Source of the DNA: an uncultured Gammaproteobacteria bacterium
GTDB lineage: Bacteria; Patescibacteriota; Microgenomatia; Levybacterales; UBA12049
Assembly: GCA_964549385.1 (NCBI GenBank)
Contig: CAZJVI010000001.1
Location: 1 to 53,184 of the forward strand
Direction of reading: 5' to 3'
DNA length: 53,184 nucleotides
Below, piece by piece: positions 7,715-17,052 of the stretch. The position numbers and the translations under genes are program-made. The notes below the pieces were generated by a model, which saw only the letters and a list, made by a program, of their open reading frames with translations, was not told where the DNA came from and did not search any database. Within the stretch, counting starts at the first letter, position 1, and each line of letters opens with the position of its first letter.

Positions 7715-8035
7715 TTATTTGTTTTTATCAAACTTTAATTCGAACAGCATTTTCAGGACTCCAAATAAGAAGAAAAAATATGCCCAATTTGCAGCGGAAT
7801 TATAAGGAAGATATTGCGAATTAATACAATATAATATAACTGCAAAAATAAGAAGAATAATTGCAGAAATAAAAAATATATTTTGCAACTGTTTCACTTT
7901 TGCGGAGAAAAGATATAGCGCCAATCCTATAATTACCGCAAGGATTTCAATTTTTATTCCCGACAATAAAATATCAATAAAGACAACGCCATAAATAAAA
8001 ATAAGAATTACTATTTCAGTTTTTTTTAGATTCAT
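7715..8035 (-). CDS. Small 4-TM membrane protein (106 aa), candidate lipid-linked sugar flippase (GtrA/ArnE-size)
   Basis: Four hydrophobic spans. The start overlaps the 3' end of the upstream GT-C gene by 20 nt. I recognise no catalytic motif. Confidence 0.45.
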   Translation of the reverse strand: MNLKKTEIVILIFIYGVVFIDILLSGIKIEILAVIIGLALYLFSAKVKQLQNIFFISAIILLIFAVILYCINSQYLPYNSAANWAYFFFLFGVLKMLFELKFDKNK

Positions 8036-11000
8036 GAGATAACTTGTCCCTCCATTTATACTTTACTAAAACTATTAAAGCATAAACAAAAATTGCTGCA
8101 TATGCTAAAACAGCCATTGTGGCTAAAATGCCACCAATTCCGTTTTGGACAAACTTTAAACGCAAAGTGACAGATACCGAGCCGTCGGAATTTTTGATAT
8201 AAGCGGACTTAGGAAGATTAGAAATAATGACATCTTTATTAATACTCCATCCGTTTGCATAATTAAATATCTTTGTATGATTACTCTTAGGCAAGGGAAT
8301 ATTGTCTTGTGTGTATAATTTCCAATTCGGAAAATAAAGATTTAAAAAAACGAGTTCTTCATTTTGCTGCAAACGCTTTATATTGACAATATATTCTTGG
8401 TTTGAAATTTTTCTATATTGTATATCCTGCTGACTGCTATCCGGAACATTAAAGGCATTTTGGGTGAGATATATCGTATCATTTAAAAATCGAGGATTTA
8501 TTTCATAAAGCGTATAACGTGACCCAAAATTTTTAATTTTTTTACCCAGAAAATATTTCTTATATTTACTATCCTGAAGATTACAAATATTAATAGTATC
8601 AACACATATATAGCTTTGTTTAATATCTTTGCTAACCGTATTATTAACAATAATATACCGGACATTATATTTTTGATAAATTCCTCCTAATTGTTCGTAA
8701 TCTCCTTCACGCATGTCCTTTTTAATTTCACTCCCTATCCTTCCAAAGCTCATAAGACCTGAATAATCGTTTTTCCCTGATAGTAACAAAAGCGGACTCA
8801 CTCCGCTATAAAAATGATTTTTTTGATTCTCGTCTTGTATTTGAGATATATTACCTGTATTAAGTGGAATCCAAAGATACCGTGAAGGATTTGATTGATT
8901 CCTTACATAACTAACCAAATTGATATAATCATGGTTGAAACCTGTTGTTGTTGTATATGTATTATGGGTTGTCCACACCGGCAAAGCATAAAATGCTCCG
9001 GTTAAAAAAGGAAACGCGTTTAGAAGAATAACAAAGAAAAAAAAGATTGTAACTACTCGCTTATATAGTATGTTTATTTTACTGGTAAGAAAGTAATTAA
9101 GACAAACAAGTAATAATAACGAGAAACTAAAGGCCATTGCATACCCAAACTTATCATACATATTCCGGAACATTACAAATCCTGGGAGATAGTTAGTTAA
9201 AAATACGAACAACTTTATGCCGGCATTTCCAATATTTACCGTAAATAAATAAAGTATTAGAAGAAATCCCAATGAGCATGTGATATATGCTTTTCTAAAC
9301 TGATTGTTTTTTATCTTTACCCCTGTCCAAAGAATAAAAATAATAAAAACACTGTTAAAAATAACAAGTTTCAAATACCATGATGTAAATATTTGTAAAT
9401 AGGGCCATCTGAAATTATTTTGTATGTCATAGTGATACAAATTTACTAATGGGAAAAATATTTTATTAATTTGCGATGTACCAGTAATACCTTGAGCATT
9501 TTGATTGCGGTATTGAGCAGATACAATCGAGTTATTCGTAGAAATATTACTATTCGATAGGGATGAACTCGATGCAGCAATAATCCAATATCCATTTAAA
9601 AGTAAAAGTAAAATTCCAAAAAGAATGTTCAAAATAATAAATTTTATTTTCTCTTTCCAAAATAGAAAAACAAGTACAGGTATAAAAGCTATAAAAGCCG
9701 CTGCAAACCATGGTAATGAAATTAGTACAAAAGAAAATACTGACCATATAATTGCACATAAACAAAGCAGATAGTATTTCTTTTCTTTTATTCCTTTAAT
9801 ATAGAGATACATACTTAACGGAAACATGCTTATAAGAAACTGCGCAATTAATAAAGAATTGAAAAGTGTATAAAAGTTGAAAATAGAAAATACATAAAAT
9901 AAACTTGTTAAACTCCGTGCAATGAAATATTCAAACCGCTTCCCAGGAAAGATGTAATCTATAAGTACATAAAAGAATACGAGGCCTCCGATGATATTCA
10001 ATACAAATAATGTCGCTTGAAGATTTAACGGCGCAAAAATTGCTTTTAAAACAATACTGAAAATTGCGAATTGAGCCATACTTGTTGTCGGTAATGAATT
10101 AATTACACTGCTGACTCCCCCATTCAATCCATTGCTCGCAACAAAATTTTGGAAATAAATTACAGGATAAAGAAAGTAAACTCGTGAATCATCACCTCCG
10201 AGAATATATGTTTTGTCTATTGCAGCAATAAGAAATGCTAAAAAAGCTATGACCCAAAAAATTTTATATACCCATTTTTTTATATATACAGTTTCTTTAC
10301 TCTTTAAAAACCTCATAAAAAAATTTAAAAAGACCTGCAGTATACCAGCAAAAAGAAAAACCCAAACAAGACTTATTACTATCTCTGCAAATGTGTAGAA
10401 ACCAGTAAAGAGGATGATCAAAAAAAGCACAAAAAAGAAAATAGGCACAACAAATAATAATTGCTCACCTATGCTCAAAAGTAATACACATAGCAAACAA
10501 AATCCTACCAGCCAACCGAGAGCGCCCGAAAAATTACTTTGGACCAAACTTGAATAAAAAAAGAAACAGAATAAAAAGAGAGGTATGATATTTTTTAATA
10601 TTTTTTCCTGTCCTATCTCCGATATAGAAATCTTTAAAACTTTTCTAAATTTCGCTATGATTTTTTGTGGATTAATAAAAAATATCCCAAGTATTAACGA
10701 AAAAAATATCGTTGCCCATGAAATTGATTCAAAATATTTGTTGACAAGAAAAGTGACAAACATTTTTTTATTATGCAAAAGAACACTTCTCGGATATGAG
10801 TATTTTGTCGTAATATTTTTAGAGCTAAGAAAAACGCTTGCCGACTTCGTAGATTTTGAGGGTTCAATAACTACTTGATATTGTTTATTTTTAGAATTGG
10901 CAATAATAGGAAAGCCAACGGGATAGAGTGGCAATAACTGGATACCAGTAGTAGTATATCTTCCCTGATAATACCAATTTGCTGCACCTTTTTCTTTAAG

Positions 11001-11270
11001 TTTAATTTGTACATTTCCATTATGACCCACCGTGAGTGGCAAACTTATACTTCCCAAATAATTGTCACTTACTGCAAAATTAAAAGAATAATCATGACGG
11101 TTTGTTGAAGTAATAACAGCAGTAGTATTTGTGGCAAGGGTTGTAAAACCATTATGTTTTATATCAATAAGTACTAAAGACGTTTGTATAAATATAAAAG
11201 CTGCAGCAATTATCAGAAGAAATTTTAACACAGCGTATATAGTAACTTTTACCGGTGGCCGATTTATCAT
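8016..11270 (-). CDS. GT-C-type polytopic glycosyltransferase, AftD/DUF3367-like (paralogue P2) with ~330-aa N-terminal extra module
   Basis: 1084 aa. The core starts near residue 358 (ILGGDDSRVYFLYP). Further motifs are YLPGFVMFRNMYDKFGYAMAF, SRYLWIPLN, VRYIIVNN, FGSRYTLYEINPRF and FNYANGWSINKD, with a terminal TM anchor. Confidence 0.6.
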   Translation of the reverse strand: MINRPPVKVTIYAVLKFLLIIAAAFIFIQTSLVLIDIKHNGFTTLATNTTAVITSTNRHDYSFNFAVSDNYLGSISLPLTVGHNGNVQIKLKEKGAANWYYQGRYTTTGIQLLPLYPVGFPIIANSKNKQYQVVIEPSKSTKSASVFLSSKNITTKYSYPRSVLLHNKKMFVTFLVNKYFESISWATIFFSLILGIFFINPQKIIAKFRKVLKISISEIGQEKILKNIIPLFLFCFFFYSSLVQSNFSGALGWLVGFCLLCVLLLSIGEQLLFVVPIFFFVLFLIILFTGFYTFAEIVISLVWVFLFAGILQVFLNFFMRFLKSKETVYIKKWVYKIFWVIAFLAFLIAAIDKTYILGGDDSRVYFLYPVIYFQNFVASNGLNGGVSSVINSLPTTSMAQFAIFSIVLKAIFAPLNLQATLFVLNIIGGLVFFYVLIDYIFPGKRFEYFIARSLTSLFYVFSIFNFYTLFNSLLIAQFLISMFPLSMYLYIKGIKEKKYYLLCLCAIIWSVFSFVLISLPWFAAAFIAFIPVLVFLFWKEKIKFIILNILFGILLLLLNGYWIIAASSSSLSNSNISTNNSIVSAQYRNQNAQGITGTSQINKIFFPLVNLYHYDIQNNFRWPYLQIFTSWYLKLVIFNSVFIIFILWTGVKIKNNQFRKAYITCSLGFLLILYLFTVNIGNAGIKLFVFLTNYLPGFVMFRNMYDKFGYAMAFSFSLLLLVCLNYFLTSKINILYKRVVTIFFFFVILLNAFPFLTGAFYALPVWTTHNTYTTTTGFNHDYINLVSYVRNQSNPSRYLWIPLNTGNISQIQDENQKNHFYSGVSPLLLLSGKNDYSGLMSFGRIGSEIKKDMREGDYEQLGGIYQKYNVRYIIVNNTVSKDIKQSYICVDTINICNLQDSKYKKYFLGKKIKNFGSRYTLYEINPRFLNDTIYLTQNAFNVPDSSQQDIQYRKISNQEYIVNIKRLQQNEELVFLNLYFPNWKLYTQDNIPLPKSNHTKIFNYANGWSINKDVIISNLPKSAYIKNSDGSVSVTLRLKFVQNGIGGILATMAVLAYAAIFVYALIVLVKYKWRDKLSHESKKN

Positions 11271-11296
11271 GAGTTGTGTCTATCGATTGAATTGTA

Positions 11297-13525
11297 TCAT
11301 ATTACCGGCTTATTAGGTTTTATAAAAAAATAGAGAATATAACAACAAGAGATCAAAAAAGTAATGCCGCTTAAAGCATAAGCAAAAAATGAATATCTTT
11401 GAATAGCAAAATATAATCGCAGTGTAATATTAATACTACCGTCTGGATTTGCGCTGTAATAGCCCTCACCAGATTGTGTTTTGATTTTTTCAGGATCTAT
11501 ATTCCAACCATTTGCGTATCCAAATACTACGTTATCATTCGCCGCATACTCTTGTTCTGAGCCGTTTTGAGACGTAAGACTAAGTTTCCAATCCTGATAA
11601 TAGGGATCAAGAAATATAAGTTTTTCGGTCTTTTTTAAATGAGTAATTGAAATGTCATATGAGTAACTAGTAAGTCTTTTATAACTAAGATTACTAAACT
11701 CTTTCGGAAACGTTGAAAAACTTTCTGTTAAATACAACTTATTATTTTCAAATCTTGGATTAATAGAATAAAGAGAATATCTGCTGCCAAAATCTTTTAT
11801 TTTTCTCCCAAGAATAATTTTCTGAAATGAGTTTCCCTGATCATTTAGAAGCTTCAGACTATCTCCACCATAATAAAATGATTGCAAATATGGAGGTGGT
11901 AATTGATGATCTACGATAATATATTTAGTATTTCTTTGCTGCAATATTTTTCCAACTTGCATGTATTTACCCTGATCAAGTAAAGTAAAAAGTCTATCCC
12001 CTAAGAAAAGATCTGTTGAGGTGATAAAACTAAATCCTCCTGCATAATCTGACATATTTGCTAGTTCTCTAAGAGGTGACAACCCTGAATAAAAGTGTCC
12101 AGGATACTTACCATCTTCTACACTAGTGTATGTTGGTGCGTTAAGAGGAATCCATGCCACCCTCGACGCGTTGTCAAGACTAGGGAGATATGAGACCATC
12201 TTCATAAAATCAGAATTAAATTCTCCAGAGAATGTAGTAAGTGGATTTATTTGTTTTTTCAAAAAAAGAGCATTTGATACTGATGTGAATAAAAGTATTA
12301 TGGCAAGTAAAATTATCAAACCAGTTGAGATCCATTTTAGTCGAATAAATCTAAAAATAATTTGCAAACTGATGGACAAGGCAAATGCATACATAAAAGC
12401 AAGAGGAAGAGCAAATTTATCAAACATATTTCGAAACATAGTAAAAAACGGAATATGATTACCAAAAAAAAGAAAAACATTTGTACCGTAAAGACCAATA
12501 TTTGGAGAAAAGAAAAACCAAGAAAGAAGGAAAGAAAATAATACGACAAAATATACAATTGTTTTTTCTTCCTTATTCCGCAATGTGATTAAACCAGCTG
12601 CAATAATACACGCAAAAAAAATGCTTTGGGGTAATAATATAAGAGAAATATCATTAGCAAAATTTGAATCCATTTGTATAAAAGGAATATTTAGCGGTGT
12701 AAATAACCCTGCAACTCCAGTAATAATACGGATATTATCTTTGATGAAATTTGTCGAAGAATAATACTGAAATATACTTTGTAATCCCACTGGATGAATG
12801 TATGGATAAATAAAATGAAAAATCCAGTAAAAATTAAGAAGAAAAAATAAAGCAATGAAAACACAAGAGTAGATGAAAAAGATTTTTTTCTGAAGAAGAA
12901 ATTCATACAGAAAAAGCGGTAATAAAACGAGTATGATTCCTGCCCACCACGGGAGAGTATTGATCGTACTACTAAATAGTGAGAAAACGATTACGCTTAA
13001 CAGAACGAAAACAACTTTTTTTTGTTTTACACCTTTAAAAAAAAGATAAAGAGTCCATGGCAGAACCGATATCAAATAAATCGACAACAACTGATTTGTA
13101 TACATCGTTTTTACGAGATAAATCGATGTCACATAAAATATACTACCAATTATATTGGCACTAAATTCTTTTGTATTTTTAGGCCGTATCCATAAATTTA
13201 TCAGTGTATAAAATCCTAAAAAGCCAAGAGATAAATTAAGACCGTACAGTAACAGTTGAGTACTAACATAAGGTATAAATTTAAAAATCCAAAAAATGAA
13301 AAACATGGGAGCAATATACGCGACAGATGTATAACCTGTCATAGCTCCAGCAAGTGTGTTATCAGAAATTATGTTGAACGCATAATTCTTAAGAAATTGA
13401 AATGGAAAAACGTAATAAAGCCTTGTATCATCCCCTCCAACAAGATAGGTATTGCCCCAAATGGCAAATGGGATAAAAAGTAATAATAAACATATAATAA
13501 AAAGAATTAGTGATTTATTTTTCAT
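11297..13525 (-). CDS. GT-C-type polytopic glycosyltransferase, AftD/DUF3367-like (paralogue P3)
   Basis: 742 aa with LVGGDDTRLYYVFP, HIPFFTMFRNMFDKFALPLAF, SRVAWIPLN, TKYIIVDH, FGSRYSLYSINPRF and FGYANGWNIDPE, plus a terminal TM anchor. Confidence 0.6.
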   Translation of the reverse strand: MKNKSLILFIICLLLLFIPFAIWGNTYLVGGDDTRLYYVFPFQFLKNYAFNIISDNTLAGAMTGYTSVAYIAPMFFIFWIFKFIPYVSTQLLLYGLNLSLGFLGFYTLINLWIRPKNTKEFSANIIGSIFYVTSIYLVKTMYTNQLLSIYLISVLPWTLYLFFKGVKQKKVVFVLLSVIVFSLFSSTINTLPWWAGIILVLLPLFLYEFLLQKKIFFIYSCVFIALFFLLNFYWIFHFIYPYIHPVGLQSIFQYYSSTNFIKDNIRIITGVAGLFTPLNIPFIQMDSNFANDISLILLPQSIFFACIIAAGLITLRNKEEKTIVYFVVLFSFLLSWFFFSPNIGLYGTNVFLFFGNHIPFFTMFRNMFDKFALPLAFMYAFALSISLQIIFRFIRLKWISTGLIILLAIILLFTSVSNALFLKKQINPLTTFSGEFNSDFMKMVSYLPSLDNASRVAWIPLNAPTYTSVEDGKYPGHFYSGLSPLRELANMSDYAGGFSFITSTDLFLGDRLFTLLDQGKYMQVGKILQQRNTKYIIVDHQLPPPYLQSFYYGGDSLKLLNDQGNSFQKIILGRKIKDFGSRYSLYSINPRFENNKLYLTESFSTFPKEFSNLSYKRLTSYSYDISITHLKKTEKLIFLDPYYQDWKLSLTSQNGSEQEYAANDNVVFGYANGWNIDPEKIKTQSGEGYYSANPDGSINITLRLYFAIQRYSFFAYALSGITFLISCCYILYFFIKPNKPVI

Positions 13526-14429
13526 CAGACTTTATAAGAACATATGTTATTGTTTCCTGGCTCATTTTTTTCATTAACGGATACAAAGGATAAAAAAGAT
13601 ATTTAATTGGTAAATGGTTAATTGACCAAAATAAATCAAGAGGAAATTCGAATGTTTGAGAGAATTGTTTTTTTATGTCCAACCCATTACGAATACTTAA
13701 TTCCTCCATCCCCTTCTTGCCATAAAGAATGATATGACGAGGCGCATCAAGATGAAACCATTTTTCTTTTGCATACTTGAATCCGAGAGAATCTGCATTT
13801 GGAGTTGCCATAATAAGTACTCCGTTTTTCTTTAATAATGTCTTAACTTTTTTTAATAGCTTATGTGGATCGGGAATATGTTCTATAACATGCCATAACG
13901 TTATAACATCAAATTTTTCTCCCGCAAAATTATGATTATAGATATCAGCATTGTATACTGTAAGATTTTTTTGTTTACAAATTGTGTATTCTTTTTTGTC
14001 TTTTTCGATACCAACGGCGTTGTACTTTTTATTGTCCAAACTTGCTAAGAAGTCCCCGGCCCCACATCCAATATCCAAGAGATGAATTTTACCTTTATGA
14101 TTATCCACTAATTCTTCTATTACAGCTATCTTTTTTGTAACACCTTTCTTATTTAGAAATTTTTCAAGCTTATTTTTTATACTTGACTGTTCTGTTACTT
14201 CTGGAAATGTATAATACCGATGATAATAATTTTTTGTAAAAGCAACTCCTATAAGAAATACTGTCTGACAATTAGTGCAACGGCAATATGAAAATTTCTC
14301 TTTATGTTGCAAAAGAGTTTTTCCATGTTGGTTATATGTTTTTAGATATAAATTTACTTGATCTGAAAAACAAACTGGACAAATAACTTTCTGTTTCATT
14401 TTTTTAATTTCGTTTAAATAATAAATCAA
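13515..14429 (-). CDS. Class I SAM-dependent methyltransferase with N-terminal Cys4 zinc-ribbon
   Basis: CPVCFS...CRCTNC, motif I LLDIGCGAGDF, then ITLWHVIEHIPDP and LKKNGVLIMATP. An alternative ATG at 14399 (MKQKVICPVC) would remove the 26-nt overlap with the upstream gene. Confidence 0.8.
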   Translation of the reverse strand: MIYYLNEIKKMKQKVICPVCFSDQVNLYLKTYNQHGKTLLQHKEKFSYCRCTNCQTVFLIGVAFTKNYYHRYYTFPEVTEQSSIKNKLEKFLNKKGVTKKIAVIEELVDNHKGKIHLLDIGCGAGDFLASLDNKKYNAVGIEKDKKEYTICKQKNLTVYNADIYNHNFAGEKFDVITLWHVIEHIPDPHKLLKKVKTLLKKNGVLIMATPNADSLGFKYAKEKWFHLDAPRHIILYGKKGMEELSIRNGLDIKKQFSQTFEFPLDLFWSINHLPIKYLFYPLYPLMKKMSQETITYVLIKSDEK

Positions 14430-15204
14430 CTGCTACGATTTTATCATGTTCTTTAAATATTCTCCCAGTTTTAGAGAGAAGGATATTTGGTATAGAACGT
14501 CTCAATAAGCCAATACAGTCCCATATATTACCTGAAGACTGTCTTTTAACACTTGCCTCTAAAAGAATATATTTTGATTTTTTTATGGTATTTTTACTTG
14601 TTTCAAGTACGTTATACTCTGAACCTTCCGTATCAATCTTGAAAAGACCGATTTTTGCTATATGATTTTTTTTGACAAAAGAATCTAACCGCATGCCTTT
14701 TATTTTTTCATGTTCATCATCTTGAGTTAATTTATATTTCGACGCCATTAACGTCGTAACGGGAATAAAAAAGGTTTCATTTTTCTTTGTTGAAATCGCA
14801 TAATTATAAATATTTTTGTCAGCATTTTTTGACAAAAGATCAAAACTTCTCTTGACCGGTTCAAAACTATAAATTTTACTCGCTCTAAGGTACTGTGAAC
14901 AAAAAAAATTAAATTGGCCGATATTTGCGCCAATGTCAATAATGGTACTTTTCGATGATATATATTTTTTTAAAAAAGCGTTATCTACATAAAGACTTTG
15001 TAAATACGCAATTCCAAACTTATCGTCATAATAGTACCTTTTGCCAAAAATGGATGCATATGAAACACCTGCTGTAAACCCAAAAAAATAATTCTTAAAT
15101 AGGACAATATATTTGGTTGAGATAAACTGTATCTTTTGCCATACAGCCAAATCTAAATTCATAAATTGTATATCCAAAACGAAAGATCTTATTATGTAAT
15201 TCAT
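14404..15204 (-). CDS. FkbM-family methyltransferase
   Basis: IIDIGANIGQF, SFEP and LFKIDTEGSEYNVL are the FkbM (Methyltransf_21) signature. There is an ATGA stop/start overlap at 15201-15204. Confidence 0.8.
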   Translation of the reverse strand: MNYIIRSFVLDIQFMNLDLAVWQKIQFISTKYIVLFKNYFFGFTAGVSYASIFGKRYYYDDKFGIAYLQSLYVDNAFLKKYISSKSTIIDIGANIGQFNFFCSQYLRASKIYSFEPVKRSFDLLSKNADKNIYNYAISTKKNETFFIPVTTLMASKYKLTQDDEHEKIKGMRLDSFVKKNHIAKIGLFKIDTEGSEYNVLETSKNTIKKSKYILLEASVKRQSSGNIWDCIGLLRRSIPNILLSKTGRIFKEHDKIVAVDLLFKRN

Positions 15205-16214
15205 AAATCTGAATATTTATCAAACTGAATGGTCAACAAATGATAATAATAACTTAGACGCGGATTTTTTAAACATATTTTCATATATTCACTATCTCTT
15301 TTTGCCCTTAGTTTTTGAATACGAGCGCGTTTTTTACGGGTTTGAGGAATACGCTGAATATTCCACATAAACGCTTTATAAAGACTCAGACTGTGTTTCC
15401 ACTTGCCCTGAAAAAGCCAAATAACACTAAGTAAAATATTTAATGCAATAAATTTTGGAATTATTGTCACCAAAGAAGACTCTTCAAAATTTTTTAGAAA
15501 GGATAGAGTTTTATTTTTAAAATTATGAAACTGAACAAAATCATTGGGAAAAGTTAGCGTTGTAGCTCCTCCCTCATGAAAAACTTTTGCTGATGGATAA
15601 TACCAACACTCATATCCAGAGAGCCAAGCACGATGACAAAAATCCGTTTCTTCATAATAGCACCAAAAATCATCATCAAAAAGCCCGATGCGTTTTACAA
15701 CTGAGGCACGAACCACTACTGCAACAGCCTTAACAGTAAAAACAGGAAAAGGTTTGTTATAAATAGGCAAGGAAGCATTTTTACTATTCCCATAATGGTA
15801 AAGAAATGTTGTATCTGTCCAAAATCCCCCACAAGTATCGATAACATTGTGATCATTCATATGAACAATCTTTGATTGAAGAATTGCAAGTTTGGAATTT
15901 TCAGCAAATGCTTTAAGGCTTTTTTCCAAAAAATCTTTTTCAAGATACATGTCCGTGTTTACAATCAAAAAAAAGTCTCCTTTTGCGTATTTTGCTCCGA
16001 AGTTAGCGCCTCCAGAATAGCCTCGATTAGAGTTGCTTTTTCTAATAATTACTTTTGGGAATTTTTTTGCAACATATTCTACACTTCCATCTGTAGATGC
16101 ATTATCTGTCAGTATAACTTCAATATTTTTGTGCGTCTGTGAGAGAATAGAAGTAATACACTTATCGAGCCATTTTTTTGCGTTATAATTAACAATAATT
16201 ACTGAAACCAACAT
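15201..16214 (-). CDS. Glycosyltransferase family 2
   Basis: VSVIIVNYNAKKWLDKCITSILSQTHKNIEVILTDNASTDGS, FFLIVNTDMYL. The ATG at 16214 (MLVSVII) is preferred over the track start at 16268, which overlaps the upstream gene. Confidence 0.85.
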   Translation of the reverse strand: MLVSVIIVNYNAKKWLDKCITSILSQTHKNIEVILTDNASTDGSVEYVAKKFPKVIIRKSNSNRGYSGGANFGAKYAKGDFFLIVNTDMYLEKDFLEKSLKAFAENSKLAILQSKIVHMNDHNVIDTCGGFWTDTTFLYHYGNSKNASLPIYNKPFPVFTVKAVAVVVRASVVKRIGLFDDDFWCYYEETDFCHRAWLSGYECWYYPSAKVFHEGGATTLTFPNDFVQFHNFKNKTLSFLKNFEESSLVTIIPKFIALNILLSVIWLFQGKWKHSLSLYKAFMWNIQRIPQTRKKRARIQKLRAKRDSEYMKICLKNPRLSYYYHLLTIQFDKYSDL

Positions 16215-16218
16215 AAAA

Positions 16219-17052
16219 TTATTTATTTTTCTTATTTTTGGAAGCAAATAGATATCCCATACCTCCAAATCCGAATTCGCATGTTTTTAAAAATAACATT
16301 CCTATACCAAGTACCGGATCTTTGAATAATTTTTTTGGCTGAGAAAAGAATAATGCATACCTTTTTGTTATACTCATCTGCTCTTTTATATGTAAATTAT
16401 CCTGCAAATTTATATATTGCGAAATAAATTGTGCATAGTAAAATTTTTTTTCAATTGTTTTCAGTAAAGATAAGTTCCCTTCATTATGATACGCCATACT
16501 CTTAATTCTCCCAAGTTTGCCGTATTTTTCCAGCTGCTGTGAAAGATACCAATCTTCTCCGCTGATTAGACTTTCATTGTAACCTCCTACTTTCAAAAAA
16601 GCTTTCCTTTCAAAAAATCTGGTTGCTTCCATATATTCTACTCCTATATAAAAACTTCTCTCCAATTTTTTACACGCTGCCCAAAAACCTTCTCCAATTG
16701 ATTCTTCCGGTATAATAAGTGATTTTATTTTAGGATTTTTTTCCACTTCTGAGACACATTCACTCACTACTGTTGATGAAAGTTCCATATCCGAATCCAA
16801 AAAAAAGAGATATTCCCCTTTTGCTTTTTTTGCACCAAAATTGCGTTGAGCACTTCGTTCGGGTCCTTTGGTAAAAACTTCTTTTGTATATTTCTTTGCT
16901 ATTGTTACCGTTTTATCAGTGGAATGGTTGTCAATAATAATAAGTTGTATCTTTTTATATGTCTGTTTTTTTATACTTTCCAGACAATTCTTTAAAAACT
17001 TTTGTGAATTTTTGGTTGGAATAATAATTGAAACTAAGGGTGATTTCCTCAT
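16219..17052 (-). CDS. Glycosyltransferase family 2 (paralogue of 32034..32864)
   Basis: VSIIIPTKNSQKFLKNCLESIKKQTYKKIQLIIIDNHSTDKT, FTKGPERSAQRNFGAKKAKGEYLFFLDSDMEL. Confidence 0.85.
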   Translation of the reverse strand: MRKSPLVSIIIPTKNSQKFLKNCLESIKKQTYKKIQLIIIDNHSTDKTVTIAKKYTKEVFTKGPERSAQRNFGAKKAKGEYLFFLDSDMELSSTVVSECVSEVEKNPKIKSLIIPEESIGEGFWAACKKLERSFYIGVEYMEATRFFERKAFLKVGGYNESLISGEDWYLSQQLEKYGKLGRIKSMAYHNEGNLSLLKTIEKKFYYAQFISQYINLQDNLHIKEQMSITKRYALFFSQPKKLFKDPVLGIGMLFLKTCEFGFGGMGYLFASKNKKNK

